Origin: an uncultured Gemmatimonadales bacterium
GTDB lineage: Bacteria > Gemmatimonadota > Gemmatimonadetes > Gemmatimonadales > GWC2-71-9
Length of the DNA: 64,000 nucleotides
Assembly: GCA_963742755.1 (NCBI GenBank)
Contig: CAVUMU010000011.1
Coordinates: 76,568-140,567, forward strand
Direction: 5' to 3'
This document shows positions 1 to 9,770 of this stretch, one piece after another; the stretch's first letter is position 1; each line of letters begins with the position of its first letter. Position numbers and translations under genes: made by a program. The notes beneath the pieces were generated by a model, which saw nothing but the letters and a program-made list of their open reading frames with translations, did not search any database and was not told the DNA's origin.

Positions 1-2
1 GG

Positions 3-2717
3 CGGATCGTGCTGCCGACTGGCGGAACACTCGGCGACCTCGACCATGTCATCGGGCACGAGCTGGTGCATGCGTTCCAATACGACATTACCGGCAATGG
101 GCGACCGAACAGCCTCGGAGCGCTGCCGGCCGCGACGCAACTTCCGCTCTGGTTCATCGAGGGCATGGCCGAGTATCTCTCAATCGGTCCAACCGCTCCG
201 CAGACCGCTATGTGGATGCGGGGCGCGCTGGCGGATACCGGGCGCGACACGCTTCCCTCATTCACCCAGCTGGATAATCCCCGCTATTTCCCCTACCGGT
301 ACGGACACGCGTTCCTGGCCTGGGTCGCCGGCCATTGGGGAGATCAGGTCATCGGTCAGCTGCTGCGGGGCGCAGGGCGGCGGCGCGACGTCGGCCAGGC
401 CATTACCCGGGTACTTAATGCGAACCCGGATACCCTGGTGGCCCGCTGGCATGCAGAGACGCACGCGACCTACGATCCGCTGAAGACCACCACGGAGGCC
501 CCGGAGACCTTCGGGCCCGCACTCATTGCCGGCAAGGGCGACGAGGGCCGCTACAATGTCTCCCCCGCTCTCAGCCCCGACGGCAACCTGGTGATGTTCC
601 TCTCGGATCGAGGGCTTTTCTCCATCGATCTGTTTCTGGCCGATGCGCGCACCGGTAAGGTGAAACGGCAGATCACGAAGACGGCCCTCGATCCCCACTA
701 CCAGAGCCTCCAGTTCATCCAGTCCGCTGGCAGCTGGAGCCCGGACGGTGCCCGCTTCGCCTTCGCCGGGATTTCACACGGGCGGCCGGTGCTGAGCCTC
801 TACGACGTCGGACGGGAGAAGATCGAGCGTGATATCCCCCTCCCCAGCCTGGACGAGGTCTTCAACCCCAGCTGGTCGCCCGATGGGCGGCGCATGGCCT
901 TCGCCGGCCTGGTGGGCGGCTTGTCCGACCTGTTTGTCTACGATCTCGAGGCCAATAAGCTGAGTCGGCTCACCCACGACGCCTTTGCCGACTTGCAGCC
1001 GGTGTGGTCGCCTGATGGGAGCACGATCGCCTTCGCCACCGACCGCTTTACCACCGACCTGAGACTCCTCAAGATCGGTCACTACGCCATTGGACTGATC
1101 GACGCGACCAACGGCCAGATCTCGCGTCTACCCGGGTTCGAGGGTGCCCGAAACATCAATCCGCAGTGGTTTCCGGACGGGGCCGGCCTTTTCTTCGTTG
1201 CCGATCCTGACGGAATTTCTAATGTGTACCGCGTCAGCCTGGCTGGCGGCCCGATCGCCCAGGTCACCGACCTGTACACCGGTGTCAGCGGCATCACCGA
1301 GACGAGCCCCGCCCTCTCGGTGGCCCAGAGCTCCGGGCGGCTGGTGTACAGCGTCTTTCGGGCCAACGGTTACGAGCTCCATGCCATCGACTCACCGGAG
1401 GTCCTGGCCGGGCGCCCATTTACCCCGGACTCGGCCGCCAGTCGGGCTGCCTTGCTGCCACCGATCGAGCGCCGCAATCCGCTGCTGGTAGCCCTGCAGG
1501 AGAACGCCGAGCTCGGCCTGCCGCAGGATTCGGCATTTCCCGTGCAGCCCTACCGAAGCAGGTTTGGCCTCACCTACATCGGGAGGCCCTCCTTGATCGC
1601 CGGGAGCAATCAGTTCGGCACCTTCGTCGGCGGTGGCGCGGCGCTCTACTTCAGCGACATTCTGGGGAACCACAATCTGGTGACCGCGCTCCAAGTCAAC
1701 GGAGGCCTGAAGGATGTTACCGCCCAGGTGGGTTATCAGAATCTGAGCCACCGCCTGAACTGGGGGGGAACCGTACAGCAGATCCCCTATCTCACCGGCG
1801 GCTACGCCGAGGGTATTGCGGATGTGAATGGGGAACCGACCTTTATCGAGCAGCAACTGCTCGTGCGGCAGACCAACCGGGATATTGCCGGAATCGTTTC
1901 CTATCCCTTCAACGAGGTGCAGCGGGTGGACGTGCAAGCAGGGTACAGCAACATCTCCTTCGACCGGGAGCTCCGCACCAATGGGTTCTCCCTGACGACA
2001 GGGGAGCAAGTGCTGGAAGAAAAGGTAGATCTGCCCGCGCCGGGATCCCTCGACCTCGGCATTGGCAGCGCGGCCCTGGTCTTTGACAACTCGTTCTTCG
2101 GGGCGACCAGCCCGATCCTGGGGCAGCGCTACCGGCTCGAGGTCGCTCCCACGGTCGGAGCGCTGACTTATGTGAGCGTGTTGGGCGACTTCCGCCGCTA
2201 TTTCATGCCAGTCCGGCGCTTCACCTTCGCTACCCGGCTGGTTCATTATGGCCGCTACGCCAAGGACGGTGAAGATGTCCGTCTGCAACCTCTTTTTCTG
2301 GGCCAGGCAGGGCTGGTGCGGGGCTACAGTTATGGCTCATTCGACGGGGCGGAATGCAATCCGCCTCCTGATGACCCAGGTTCCTGCCCCGTGTTCGACC
2401 AGTTGCTCGGGAGTCGGGTCGTGGTGGCCAACGCCGAGCTCCGCTTCCCGCTGTTCGGTGCGCTAGGCATCGGTTCCGGCTATTACGGCGCGTTCCCGAT
2501 CGAGTTCGCAATTTTCGGCGACGCGGGCCTTGCCTGGGACAACGATCACAAACCGTCGGTCTTCGGGTCCGGCACCCGTGATCCGGTCTTCAGCGCGGGG
2601 GCCGGGCTACGGATCAATCTGCTCGGCTTTGCGGTGGCAGAGATAGACCTGGTTCGGCCATTTGACCGGCCCGGCAAAGGCTGGGTCTGGCAGTTCGAGC
2701 TTCAGCCGGGGTTTTAA
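3..2717 (+). CDS. Omp85/BamA-superfamily outer-membrane protein with N-terminal zincin-like peptidase domain and TolB/PD40 beta-propeller (5' truncated by window edge)
   Basis: HELVH...WFIEGMAEY zincin motif; repeated (W/L)SPDG PD40 units; C-terminal barrel with VRGY lid-lock and terminal F; frame open to window start. Confidence 0.85.
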   Translation, partial: RIVLPTGGTLGDLDHVIGHELVHAFQYDITGNGRPNSLGALPAATQLPLWFIEGMAEYLSIGPTAPQTAMWMRGALADTGRDTLPSFTQLDNPRYFPYRYGHAFLAWVAGHWGDQVIGQLLRGAGRRRDVGQAITRVLNANPDTLVARWHAETHATYDPLKTTTEAPETFGPALIAGKGDEGRYNVSPALSPDGNLVMFLSDRGLFSIDLFLADARTGKVKRQITKTALDPHYQSLQFIQSAGSWSPDGARFAFAGISHGRPVLSLYDVGREKIERDIPLPSLDEVFNPSWSPDGRRMAFAGLVGGLSDLFVYDLEANKLSRLTHDAFADLQPVWSPDGSTIAFATDRFTTDLRLLKIGHYAIGLIDATNGQISRLPGFEGARNINPQWFPDGAGLFFVADPDGISNVYRVSLAGGPIAQVTDLYTGVSGITETSPALSVAQSSGRLVYSVFRANGYELHAIDSPEVLAGRPFTPDSAASRAALLPPIERRNPLLVALQENAELGLPQDSAFPVQPYRSRFGLTYIGRPSLIAGSNQFGTFVGGGAALYFSDILGNHNLVTALQVNGGLKDVTAQVGYQNLSHRLNWGGTVQQIPYLTGGYAEGIADVNGEPTFIEQQLLVRQTNRDIAGIVSYPFNEVQRVDVQAGYSNISFDRELRTNGFSLTTGEQVLEEKVDLPAPGSLDLGIGSAALVFDNSFFGATSPILGQRYRLEVAPTVGALTYVSVLGDFRRYFMPVRRFTFATRLVHYGRYAKDGEDVRLQPLFLGQAGLVRGYSYGSFDGAECNPPPDDPGSCPVFDQLLGSRVVVANAELRFPLFGALGIGSGYYGAFPIEFAIFGDAGLAWDNDHKPSVFGSGTRDPVFSAGAGLRINLLGFAVAEIDLVRPFDRPGKGWVWQFELQPGF

Positions 2718-2719
2718 GG

Positions 2720-2744
2720 AGCTGGGAGCTGAGAGCTCCCAGCT
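2720..2744. terminator. Perfect intergenic hairpin, possible terminator or processing site
   Basis: AGCTGGGAGCT-GAG-AGCTCCCAGCT directly after the stop codon; no U-tract. Confidence 0.4.
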
Positions 2745-2754
2745 ATCTTCCCTT

Positions 2755-5373
2755 ATGCATCCCTCTCGCGACCATCACCTTCCGCCCGACCCCGACGCCT
2801 ACCGCCACGCTCCTCATCCCAAAGGCCGGATCATTGTCATCGCGCCCACTCGGGCCGCCTGCGAGACGATCGAGCTGGCACTCAAGACGCATGTCGAGAC
2901 CCTGCTGGAGCGCGAGCACGGCGCCGAGCTCAGAGAGTGGGCGGCTGAAGGCAAGGCGTTCGGGATCGTGGCGGGGACCGGGACAGGGAAGACGCTGGGC
3001 ATCCGGCCGATCGCCGAGTCGATCCTGCGGGAGCCCCTGGCGGTGGGAGTGGTGAACCGGGAACGGGAGGCGACGCCGGAGACGCCCAGCTGGAACGTGG
3101 TGATCGTGACCACGGGGATCGCCCGGCGCTGGTTCCAGGACGACCTCATTACCTCCCGAGACACCATCATCGTCGACGAGATCCATCAGACCTCCGCCGA
3201 GCTGGAGCTATGCCTGGCGCTCGGGAAGCGCGCGCGCAGCCGGTTCATCTGGTTGAGTGCGACAGTGGATCCCACTTTTTATCACCAGTACCTCAACAGC
3301 TCCGAGGTTCTGGCGACTCAGGCGTTCGATCCCAAACTCAAGGCCAAGGTCGAGGTGCTCCCGCAGCAGCCGGAGGAGTTTCTCAACGAGCGGTACGTGC
3401 GGCGCTTGATCAAGGAAAAGCGGGGGGTGGCGGTGTTCGTGCCGACCCGGGCGGAAGTCGAGAAGCTGGCTGCCGGCCTCGGCGCCCAATGGCCCAGGCT
3501 GACCACGGCCTTCTATCACGGGGGCGAGCCGATCCGGGTGATCCGTCCGTTTCTGGAGGGTGAGGTGGAACGCCCGTTCCTGCTGGCGATGACGGCCGCG
3601 GGTCAATCGGCCCTCAACGTGCCTGGTCTGGACACGGTCGTCATTTATGACGCGAGGTACGGCAACGTGGTCGACCGGGGGCGCAATGTGCTCCATCGCC
3701 TCCATCTCGGCGCCAATGAGATTCTGCAGATGGCGGGTCGGGTGCACGGGCGGGTGCCCAATGGAGAAGTAACGATCCTCAGCGACCGGCAGCTCGACTT
3801 CACCTCGCTCCGTCCCACGCCTCCCGAATTCCAGCTCGCCGGCGATGCCGAGCGGGTAGCCATTACCTGCGCCGCCATCGGTGTGGATGCTCGCGACCTC
3901 GACCTGCCGGTGCCGCTCGATCGTACCGCGTACCGTAGGGCGTTAGAGCTGCTTACCTCGCGCGGCCTGGTGGAGAACGGCAGGCTCACGAGCTATGGCA
4001 GGGAAGTCGAAGCGCTCCCGGTGGAGCGCTCCTGGGGGGAGCTGCTCGTGCACGCCGACGACGAGCTCATCCCCATGGTGGCGGTGTGCTCAAACATCGA
4101 CTCGCTCCACCGGATGACCCGGGAGGAGCGCGACCTCCATGGGGCGCTCGTCAGCGGCAGCGATCACCTGACGGCGTACAACCTGTTTGCCGAGGCGGTC
4201 AATCAGCACGGCTACCTGGGGCAGGTCTACGGATTGCCGCGCCACCTATTCGAGGATGGGCTGGGCGAGTGGGCGGAGCGCCGGGGCGTCCTGCTCAAGG
4301 CAATCGAGGATGCCGCGCTGGGCGTTGCCTCGGTCTATCGCTCGCTCGAGCTGCCGCTGCCCAAGCAGCTTCCCTATGCCTCCAAGGAGATCCGGCGCCG
4401 GTGGGCCGACCTCCTCGCTCGGATCATGCCGTTCGACCTTGTCATCGACGAACGTACGGTGGACGGGCACGAGGCCCGTGTGTCAAAGACGTCCGTGGCT
4501 GGCAGCTGGGGGGCGGTGGCGGGCTCCCTCCGATTCTTTGCGGACCGCTTTGGTACGCCGCGCGCCGGCATTGAGGGTACCACGCTCTCGTACGATCTGG
4601 TGCGGCAGTATGCCTCCCTGGGGCCCCCGAAGGTCGTGCTCAGTGGACCTCGCAAGCATCAGCAACTCGTAGTGGAGCGCCGGCGCAGCTACTTCGGGTT
4701 TGATCTGGAGACAGAAATCGGCCCGATCGAGGGTCAAATTCCACCCGAGCTGCAGCCCGCGGCTCGGGACGTGCTGACCCAGGCATGGATCGAGGGCGAG
4801 ACCATTCATCCCGACCAGCAGCGCCTGCGCCGCGCCCTGGCGGAGCTGGATGAGCTCTGGCGTCGTTCGGGTGGCGCGTTGCGCGCAATATCGCCCCAGG
4901 AGGTCAGGCTCCGAATCCGGCAGCAACTGGAGGGAGTGACCAGCTGGGAGGATTTTCTTCGCACCCGGATCTCAGTCGACCCCCGTGAACTGGTAGACGA
5001 GGAGACGCGGGCAAGATTGGAGGCATTGCCAGGCCGGCTACATCTCCGAGGTGACGCGGTGCCGCTGGATTACGATGTGGAAGGGGGGATCGGCGTGGCG
5101 CGGGTACGACTCAGGGAAGGGCAGGCGAAGCGTCTTCGACAGGGTGATCTGCCGCCGCTCGACCGTCCCCTGCGATTCGCGGTACAGCGTGGCACCCATC
5201 CACCGATTCAGGCCGACACCATTCCGGCCCTGCAGTCGCTGCTGCAACGGCCACCGAGGGCCGAGCGGGAGGATGGCCCCGGCTCCCACCGCGACAGGAC
5301 CGGTCGGAGGGGTCGCAAGCATGGGCACCCGGCGCGCCGCGGCGAGAAGCCTCCCGGCCGGCCCCGCCGCTAA
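2755..5373 (+). CDS. SF2 DExH-box helicase (HrpA/HrpB-like)
   Basis: GTGTGKT, DEIH, LSAT, FVPTR, QMAGRVHGR motifs; HA2-like LTSYGREVEALPVE; ATG 2755 chosen. Confidence 0.8.
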   Translation: MHPSRDHHLPPDPDAYRHAPHPKGRIIVIAPTRAACETIELALKTHVETLLEREHGAELREWAAEGKAFGIVAGTGTGKTLGIRPIAESILREPLAVGVVNREREATPETPSWNVVIVTTGIARRWFQDDLITSRDTIIVDEIHQTSAELELCLALGKRARSRFIWLSATVDPTFYHQYLNSSEVLATQAFDPKLKAKVEVLPQQPEEFLNERYVRRLIKEKRGVAVFVPTRAEVEKLAAGLGAQWPRLTTAFYHGGEPIRVIRPFLEGEVERPFLLAMTAAGQSALNVPGLDTVVIYDARYGNVVDRGRNVLHRLHLGANEILQMAGRVHGRVPNGEVTILSDRQLDFTSLRPTPPEFQLAGDAERVAITCAAIGVDARDLDLPVPLDRTAYRRALELLTSRGLVENGRLTSYGREVEALPVERSWGELLVHADDELIPMVAVCSNIDSLHRMTREERDLHGALVSGSDHLTAYNLFAEAVNQHGYLGQVYGLPRHLFEDGLGEWAERRGVLLKAIEDAALGVASVYRSLELPLPKQLPYASKEIRRRWADLLARIMPFDLVIDERTVDGHEARVSKTSVAGSWGAVAGSLRFFADRFGTPRAGIEGTTLSYDLVRQYASLGPPKVVLSGPRKHQQLVVERRRSYFGFDLETEIGPIEGQIPPELQPAARDVLTQAWIEGETIHPDQQRLRRALAELDELWRRSGGALRAISPQEVRLRIRQQLEGVTSWEDFLRTRISVDPRELVDEETRARLEALPGRLHLRGDAVPLDYDVEGGIGVARVRLREGQAKRLRQGDLPPLDRPLRFAVQRGTHPPIQADTIPALQSLLQRPPRAEREDGPGSHRDRTGRRGRKHGHPARRGEKPPGRPRR

Positions 5374-5394
5374 CGCAGCTTCTCCAACCTCTCC

Positions 5395-6309
5395 ATGCAG
5401 CCCGTAGTCCACCTCGCGCTGGTGGTGGTCCAGCTGCTGTTCGCCAGCCTGGCCATCGCGGGGCGGTTCGTCCTCCCTCACTTTCCAGCCGGCGCTCTGG
5501 TCACCGTCCGGGTTCTCGGCGCCACCATGGTTCTCCTGGCACTTAATACTCTACTCGGAGGCCAGTGGGTTCGGGATCGGGGGGACCTGCGGCGGCTGGC
5601 TGTCCTCGGAATGCTGGGCATTGCAGCCAACCAGACGCTGTTTCTCTACGGACTCAAGCACACCACCGCAATCAACGCCACCATCCTGGTGACCACCGTG
5701 CCGGTATTTACGGTGCTCGGGTCGGTGCTCATCGGCCGCGAGCCGCCCTCGCCGCTCAAGTTCGCCGGAATTGCGCTCGCGGGACTGGGAGCGATCTACC
5801 TGATCGGCCCGGACCGGATCTCCCTGGCGCCCGACGTCGCCCTGGGGAATGCGCTCATTGTGCTGGGGATGATCTGCTATGCGGCGTACTTTCTCTACTC
5901 GAAGCCGGTGCTCCGCCGGTACGGCTCGATCACCGTCAGTTTCTACGTCATGTTCTTCGCTTCCTTCGGCGTTCTCCCGTTCGGGCTGATGGACGTCCGG
6001 CACATGGAGCTTTCGGAGATCGATGACTCCGTGTGGCTCTGGGTGGCCTACATCGTTGTCTTCCCCACAATCCTCACCTACCTGCTCAACCTCTGGGCCT
6101 TGAAGCGGGTCTCATCCACCCTGGTGGCGGTGTACATCTACCTGCAGCCGCTCTTTGCCGCGGCGGTTGCTCCACTCGTGCTCGAGGGTGAGCACTTGAC
6201 CACCCGGGCTGCTGTGGCTGGGTTGGCCATCTTCTCCGGGCTGGCGCTGGTGATTCTGGCCGAGCTACGGCAGCACCGGGAGATCCCGCTGGAGGCGGTC
6301 GGGGAGTAA
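5395..6309 (+). CDS. DMT/EamA family transporter
   Basis: About 10 hydrophobic segments in two repeats; GLKHTTAINATIL and YLQPLFAA EamA-like motifs. Confidence 0.85.
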   Translation: MQPVVHLALVVVQLLFASLAIAGRFVLPHFPAGALVTVRVLGATMVLLALNTLLGGQWVRDRGDLRRLAVLGMLGIAANQTLFLYGLKHTTAINATILVTTVPVFTVLGSVLIGREPPSPLKFAGIALAGLGAIYLIGPDRISLAPDVALGNALIVLGMICYAAYFLYSKPVLRRYGSITVSFYVMFFASFGVLPFGLMDVRHMELSEIDDSVWLWVAYIVVFPTILTYLLNLWALKRVSSTLVAVYIYLQPLFAAAVAPLVLEGEHLTTRAAVAGLAIFSGLALVILAELRQHREIPLEAVGE

Positions 6310-6411
6310 GGTCCTGTGGGCCAGCGGGTGTGCACCCTGGGGCGGGCTGGGCGTCTTGAATAGGTAACGGACGCTTCGAAACCACTAGATGTGAGAGCGC
6401 GTATCTTGACT

Positions 6412-6867
6412 ATGCCGGACACCCTCCCAATCAACTCAATGCCCTCGGTGTTCTCGCCCCTGGCCAAGGCTCTGCTGGACGGGTTCAGCGAGGGCGTCGT
6501 GGTCTTCGATGCTGAGGGGCGGCTGCTCTACACCAACCAGCCTGCCCGTGAGGCCCTGGCTGGGATGGATCTATTCGAGGGGGCGCCTGATCTGCAGCCC
6601 AGGTTGGCGGCACTTGGAGGCAGGCTGCGCCCGCTTCGGGTCGGGGGGCTCGAGCTCGGAGAGGCCATGTTCATCCCTGGTATCGTTGGAGCCACTACGC
6701 TGGCGGCCCGGGAAAAAGAGGCTATCGTCAAGACACTGGACGCGCACGGCTGGAAGCTGGCCGAAACCGCCCGGTCCCTGGGCATCAGCCGCACCACCCT
6801 ATGGCGCCGCCTCAAGGCGTATGGGCTCCATCGAGACGGCCGGAGTAAATGGGCGCAACCCTCCTGA
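6412..6867 (+). CDS. PAS-like domain fused to Fis-type HTH regulator
   Basis: LLDGFSEGVVVFDAEGRLLYTNQPA (PAS start); C-terminal LAETARSLGISRTTLWRRLK (HTH_8); start codon uncertain. Confidence 0.75.
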   Translation: MPDTLPINSMPSVFSPLAKALLDGFSEGVVVFDAEGRLLYTNQPAREALAGMDLFEGAPDLQPRLAALGGRLRPLRVGGLELGEAMFIPGIVGATTLAAREKEAIVKTLDAHGWKLAETARSLGISRTTLWRRLKAYGLHRDGRSKWAQPS

Positions 6868-7916
6868 TTGTTGTTGCCACACTAGCCCTCCAATCTCCCC
6901 AGCCAGAACCCGCAACAGATACCAGCACCGCCCACGGAATCGCCTTCGAGCGCCTCTCTGATCTGCTCCAGTACAACCGGGTGCAGGGGTTGTCGCTTGG
7001 AGCTGGCTACCGGGCGCGCCTGCCCGGCACCCGAGCCACCAATGCCTATGGGACGCTGCGCTACGGACTGAGCGATGACCGGATTACCGGGAGGCTCACG
7101 ATTCTGGGGAATGTTGCGGGTGGCCAGCTCGCACTGAGCGGGTACCACGACATTGCCGACCTGGATCCCTTCTCATCCGGCCGAAGCCTCAGCAACACCG
7201 TCAACAGCCTTTTTGCCGGCCATGACAATGGCGACTATGCACTCGCCGGCGGTGGATCGGGCAGGTTCAATCTGCCGATCCGGTCAGGCCTGGAGCTGAT
7301 TCTGACCGGCCGGGTGGAGCGACTGACCAGCGTCAGGCGCGTGGCCAAGTCGGCGGTCAACGATTTTTTCGGGGGTACCGGACGCTTCCCTCCCAACCCG
7401 CCGGTGGATGAGGGGACCTTTGCCGGCGCCTCGGCGCGGCTCCGAAGTGTCGGAACCCCCCGCTGGAACCTCACGGCCGACGTCCTGGCCGGGGAGGCCG
7501 CGACCACCGCCAGGCTCTTTGGAGACATCCGACGACACATCGGCTCGGGCATGGGTATTACCCTCCGGCTCAAGGCCGGCGCGGCCACCGAACCGGCCAT
7601 GCCGCAGACCCTCTTTCGGTTAGGTGGGCTCGCCACGGTCCGTGGTTTTGAGTACGGCACGCTTCGGGCGCCGGCATTCTGGGCGGCCCAGGTCGATATC
7701 ACCCCCTTCAGGGCCCGGGTGCGACCGGTGATCTTTCTGGACGCCGGTCAGGCCTCACGAATTTCCAGGCTGTTCTCGAGCTCCGCTCTTGTCGGCGGTG
7801 GAGTCGGACTCTCGCTGTTCAGTGGTCTCATCCGATTGGACTTGAGTCGCGCCATCGCTGCCGATCGGTCGTCGGGCAAGGTGCGGTTCGATCTCGTGGT
7901 CCAGGGGGTCAGGTAA
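6849..7916 (+). CDS. Barrel-only Omp85/TamA-like outer-membrane protein
   Basis: Signal peptide; RLGGLATVRGF lid-lock motif; FLDAG and GGGVG strands. Confidence 0.6.
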   Translation: MGATLLIVVATLALQSPQPEPATDTSTAHGIAFERLSDLLQYNRVQGLSLGAGYRARLPGTRATNAYGTLRYGLSDDRITGRLTILGNVAGGQLALSGYHDIADLDPFSSGRSLSNTVNSLFAGHDNGDYALAGGGSGRFNLPIRSGLELILTGRVERLTSVRRVAKSAVNDFFGGTGRFPPNPPVDEGTFAGASARLRSVGTPRWNLTADVLAGEAATTARLFGDIRRHIGSGMGITLRLKAGAATEPAMPQTLFRLGGLATVRGFEYGTLRAPAFWAAQVDITPFRARVRPVIFLDAGQASRISRLFSSSALVGGGVGLSLFSGLIRLDLSRAIAADRSSGKVRFDLVVQGVR

Positions 7917-8494
7917 TGAGGTTTGGATTGGCACTTAGTCTCGGGCTGACGCTCGCGACCGCGTGTGACGCGGGGAAAACTCAGCACGCGCAAGCTGGAC
8001 AGCTGGATGCCCAGTGGGCTGGCGCGGACTCCGGCAAGATCTCCACGCGTGCTGCCGCCGAATGGTGCCCCGAGCGACTCCGGCTCGAAATCCGGGCGAT
8101 CCAGGGCGACACGGGCCTGGCCATGGCGCTGTATCCAGTGGATAGCATCGAGTCCGACAGCTACCCGGTAGTCGACCCAACTCGCGCGGACTCGGCGCGA
8201 CCCTCCGCGAGCGTAGGGCTCAGGGTGTTTTCCCAGACCGCCGTCAAGGGATACCGGGGAGACAGCGGGGCTGTGCTGCTGGTCCGCTCCAGCTCGGGAC
8301 AGCTTTCCGGCAAGGTCACAGCCAGGGTCCGCGGAGTGCCGAACAGCGAGCAGGTAAGGCTCAGCGGCAAGTTTGATCGGGTTGCCGTGTTGTCCCAGGA
8401 ACGCGGCTGCGTACCGGAACCACATGACAGCAGTTCCGATCCCTTCCCTGATTCCACCGACAGTGCGGAGCCGGGCCGCGAGCAGGTAGATTGA
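7916..8494 (+). CDS. Hypothetical lipoprotein
   Basis: Lipobox-like LATAC after hydrophobic N-terminus; translationally coupled on both sides. Confidence 0.6.
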   Translation: MRFGLALSLGLTLATACDAGKTQHAQAGQLDAQWAGADSGKISTRAAAEWCPERLRLEIRAIQGDTGLAMALYPVDSIESDSYPVVDPTRADSARPSASVGLRVFSQTAVKGYRGDSGAVLLVRSSSGQLSGKVTARVRGVPNSEQVRLSGKFDRVAVLSQERGCVPEPHDSSSDPFPDSTDSAEPGREQVD

Positions 8495-8497
8495 GGC

Positions 8498-9721
8498 ATG
8501 GAGAACACCTACTTCCGGAAGGGCTTTGGCCTCAAGGGCGAGATCGCCGGGCGTCTCACCGCAGACTATCACAGCGGGTTGGTCGAGGCCCTGCGAGCCA
8601 ACGACTACCGGCTGGTGGTGGGTTCGCTCACCTTCCGGCTGGCGCGCGAGTTCGGCTTTTGTTACGGGGTAGACCGCGCCGTAGAATACGCCTATGAGAC
8701 CCGGACCAAGTTCCCCGACCGGCGGCTCTTCCTGGTGGGCGAGATCATCCACAACCCCCACGTGAACCAGAAGCTGCGCGCCATGGGCATCACAATTCTG
8801 GCTCACCAGACGGACGGAGAGTTCGACTTTTCGGGTCTCACCCCGGACGATGTCGTCATCATGCCGGCGTTTGGAGTGACCATTCGCGACTTCGAGCGCC
8901 TTCGTGCGGTCGGATGCATCCTGGTGGACACCACCTGCGGCTCAGTGCTGAATGTCTGGAAACGGGTGGAGAGCTATGCGCGGGACGGCTTCACCGCGGT
9001 TATCCACGGGAAGCACTACCACGAGGAGACCAAGGCGACCGCCAGCCAGGTCATGAAGTACCCGGAAGGGCGATACCTGGTGGTCTTCGACATGGCGGAA
9101 GCGCGAATGGTCTGCGACTTCATCGAGGGCAATGGCACTGTCGCCGCGCTGGAGGCAAAGTTCCGTCAGGCGGTTTCCCCCGGCTTTGCCTTCGAGCGAG
9201 ACCTGACCCGGGTAGGTATTGCCAACCAGACCACCATGCTCTCCGGCGAGTCGCTGGCCATCGCCGACGAGGTGCGGAAGAGTATGATCCGCCGCCATGG
9301 GGCCGAGGCGGCTGTCGACCACTTCAGGTCATTCGATACGATCTGCTCCGCAACCCAGGAACGGCAGGACGCCATCCTCACCCTGCTGCAGGAGCCACTC
9401 GACGTCATGGTCGTGGTGGGGGGGTATAACTCGAGCAACACCTGCCATCTTGCCGCCCTGGTGCAGCAGCACGGGATCACCGCATACCACATCGAAGATG
9501 CCGCCGCGGTGGACGTCGACACCGGCACTATCCGCCACCAGCCGATCGGCACCAAAACCGAGGTGGTAACGCCAAACTGGCTGAGCAGCTCCACCGTCAT
9601 CGGGATCACGGCCGGCGCTTCGACACCGAACAACAAGGTCGGGGAGACGATCGCACGCATCAGTGCGGTGGCGGGCGTGGATCTTCAGCTGGGACTCAAC
9701 AGCGTGAACAGTAAACAGTAA
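8498..9721 (+). CDS. ispH: 4-hydroxy-3-methylbut-2-enyl diphosphate reductase (LytB)
   Basis: Three Fe-S cysteines in GFCYGV, DTTCG, DTICSAT; EIIHN; QTT; SSNT; ITAGASTP. Confidence 0.95.
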   Translation: MENTYFRKGFGLKGEIAGRLTADYHSGLVEALRANDYRLVVGSLTFRLAREFGFCYGVDRAVEYAYETRTKFPDRRLFLVGEIIHNPHVNQKLRAMGITILAHQTDGEFDFSGLTPDDVVIMPAFGVTIRDFERLRAVGCILVDTTCGSVLNVWKRVESYARDGFTAVIHGKHYHEETKATASQVMKYPEGRYLVVFDMAEARMVCDFIEGNGTVAALEAKFRQAVSPGFAFERDLTRVGIANQTTMLSGESLAIADEVRKSMIRRHGAEAAVDHFRSFDTICSATQERQDAILTLLQEPLDVMVVVGGYNSSNTCHLAALVQQHGITAYHIEDAAAVDVDTGTIRHQPIGTKTEVVTPNWLSSSTVIGITAGASTPNNKVGETIARISAVAGVDLQLGLNSVNSKQ

Positions 9722-9759
9722 ACGGTAAACAGGAGAGGCTGCTCCTGTTCACTGTTTAC
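9704..9759. repeat. Heptamer tandem repeat with inverted copy (hairpin) at the ispH 3' end
   Basis: GTGAACA-GTAAACA-GTAAACG-GTAAACA-GGAG...CTCC-TGTTCAC-TGTTTAC. Confidence 0.7.
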
Positions 9760-9770
9760 CCCCTCAATTC

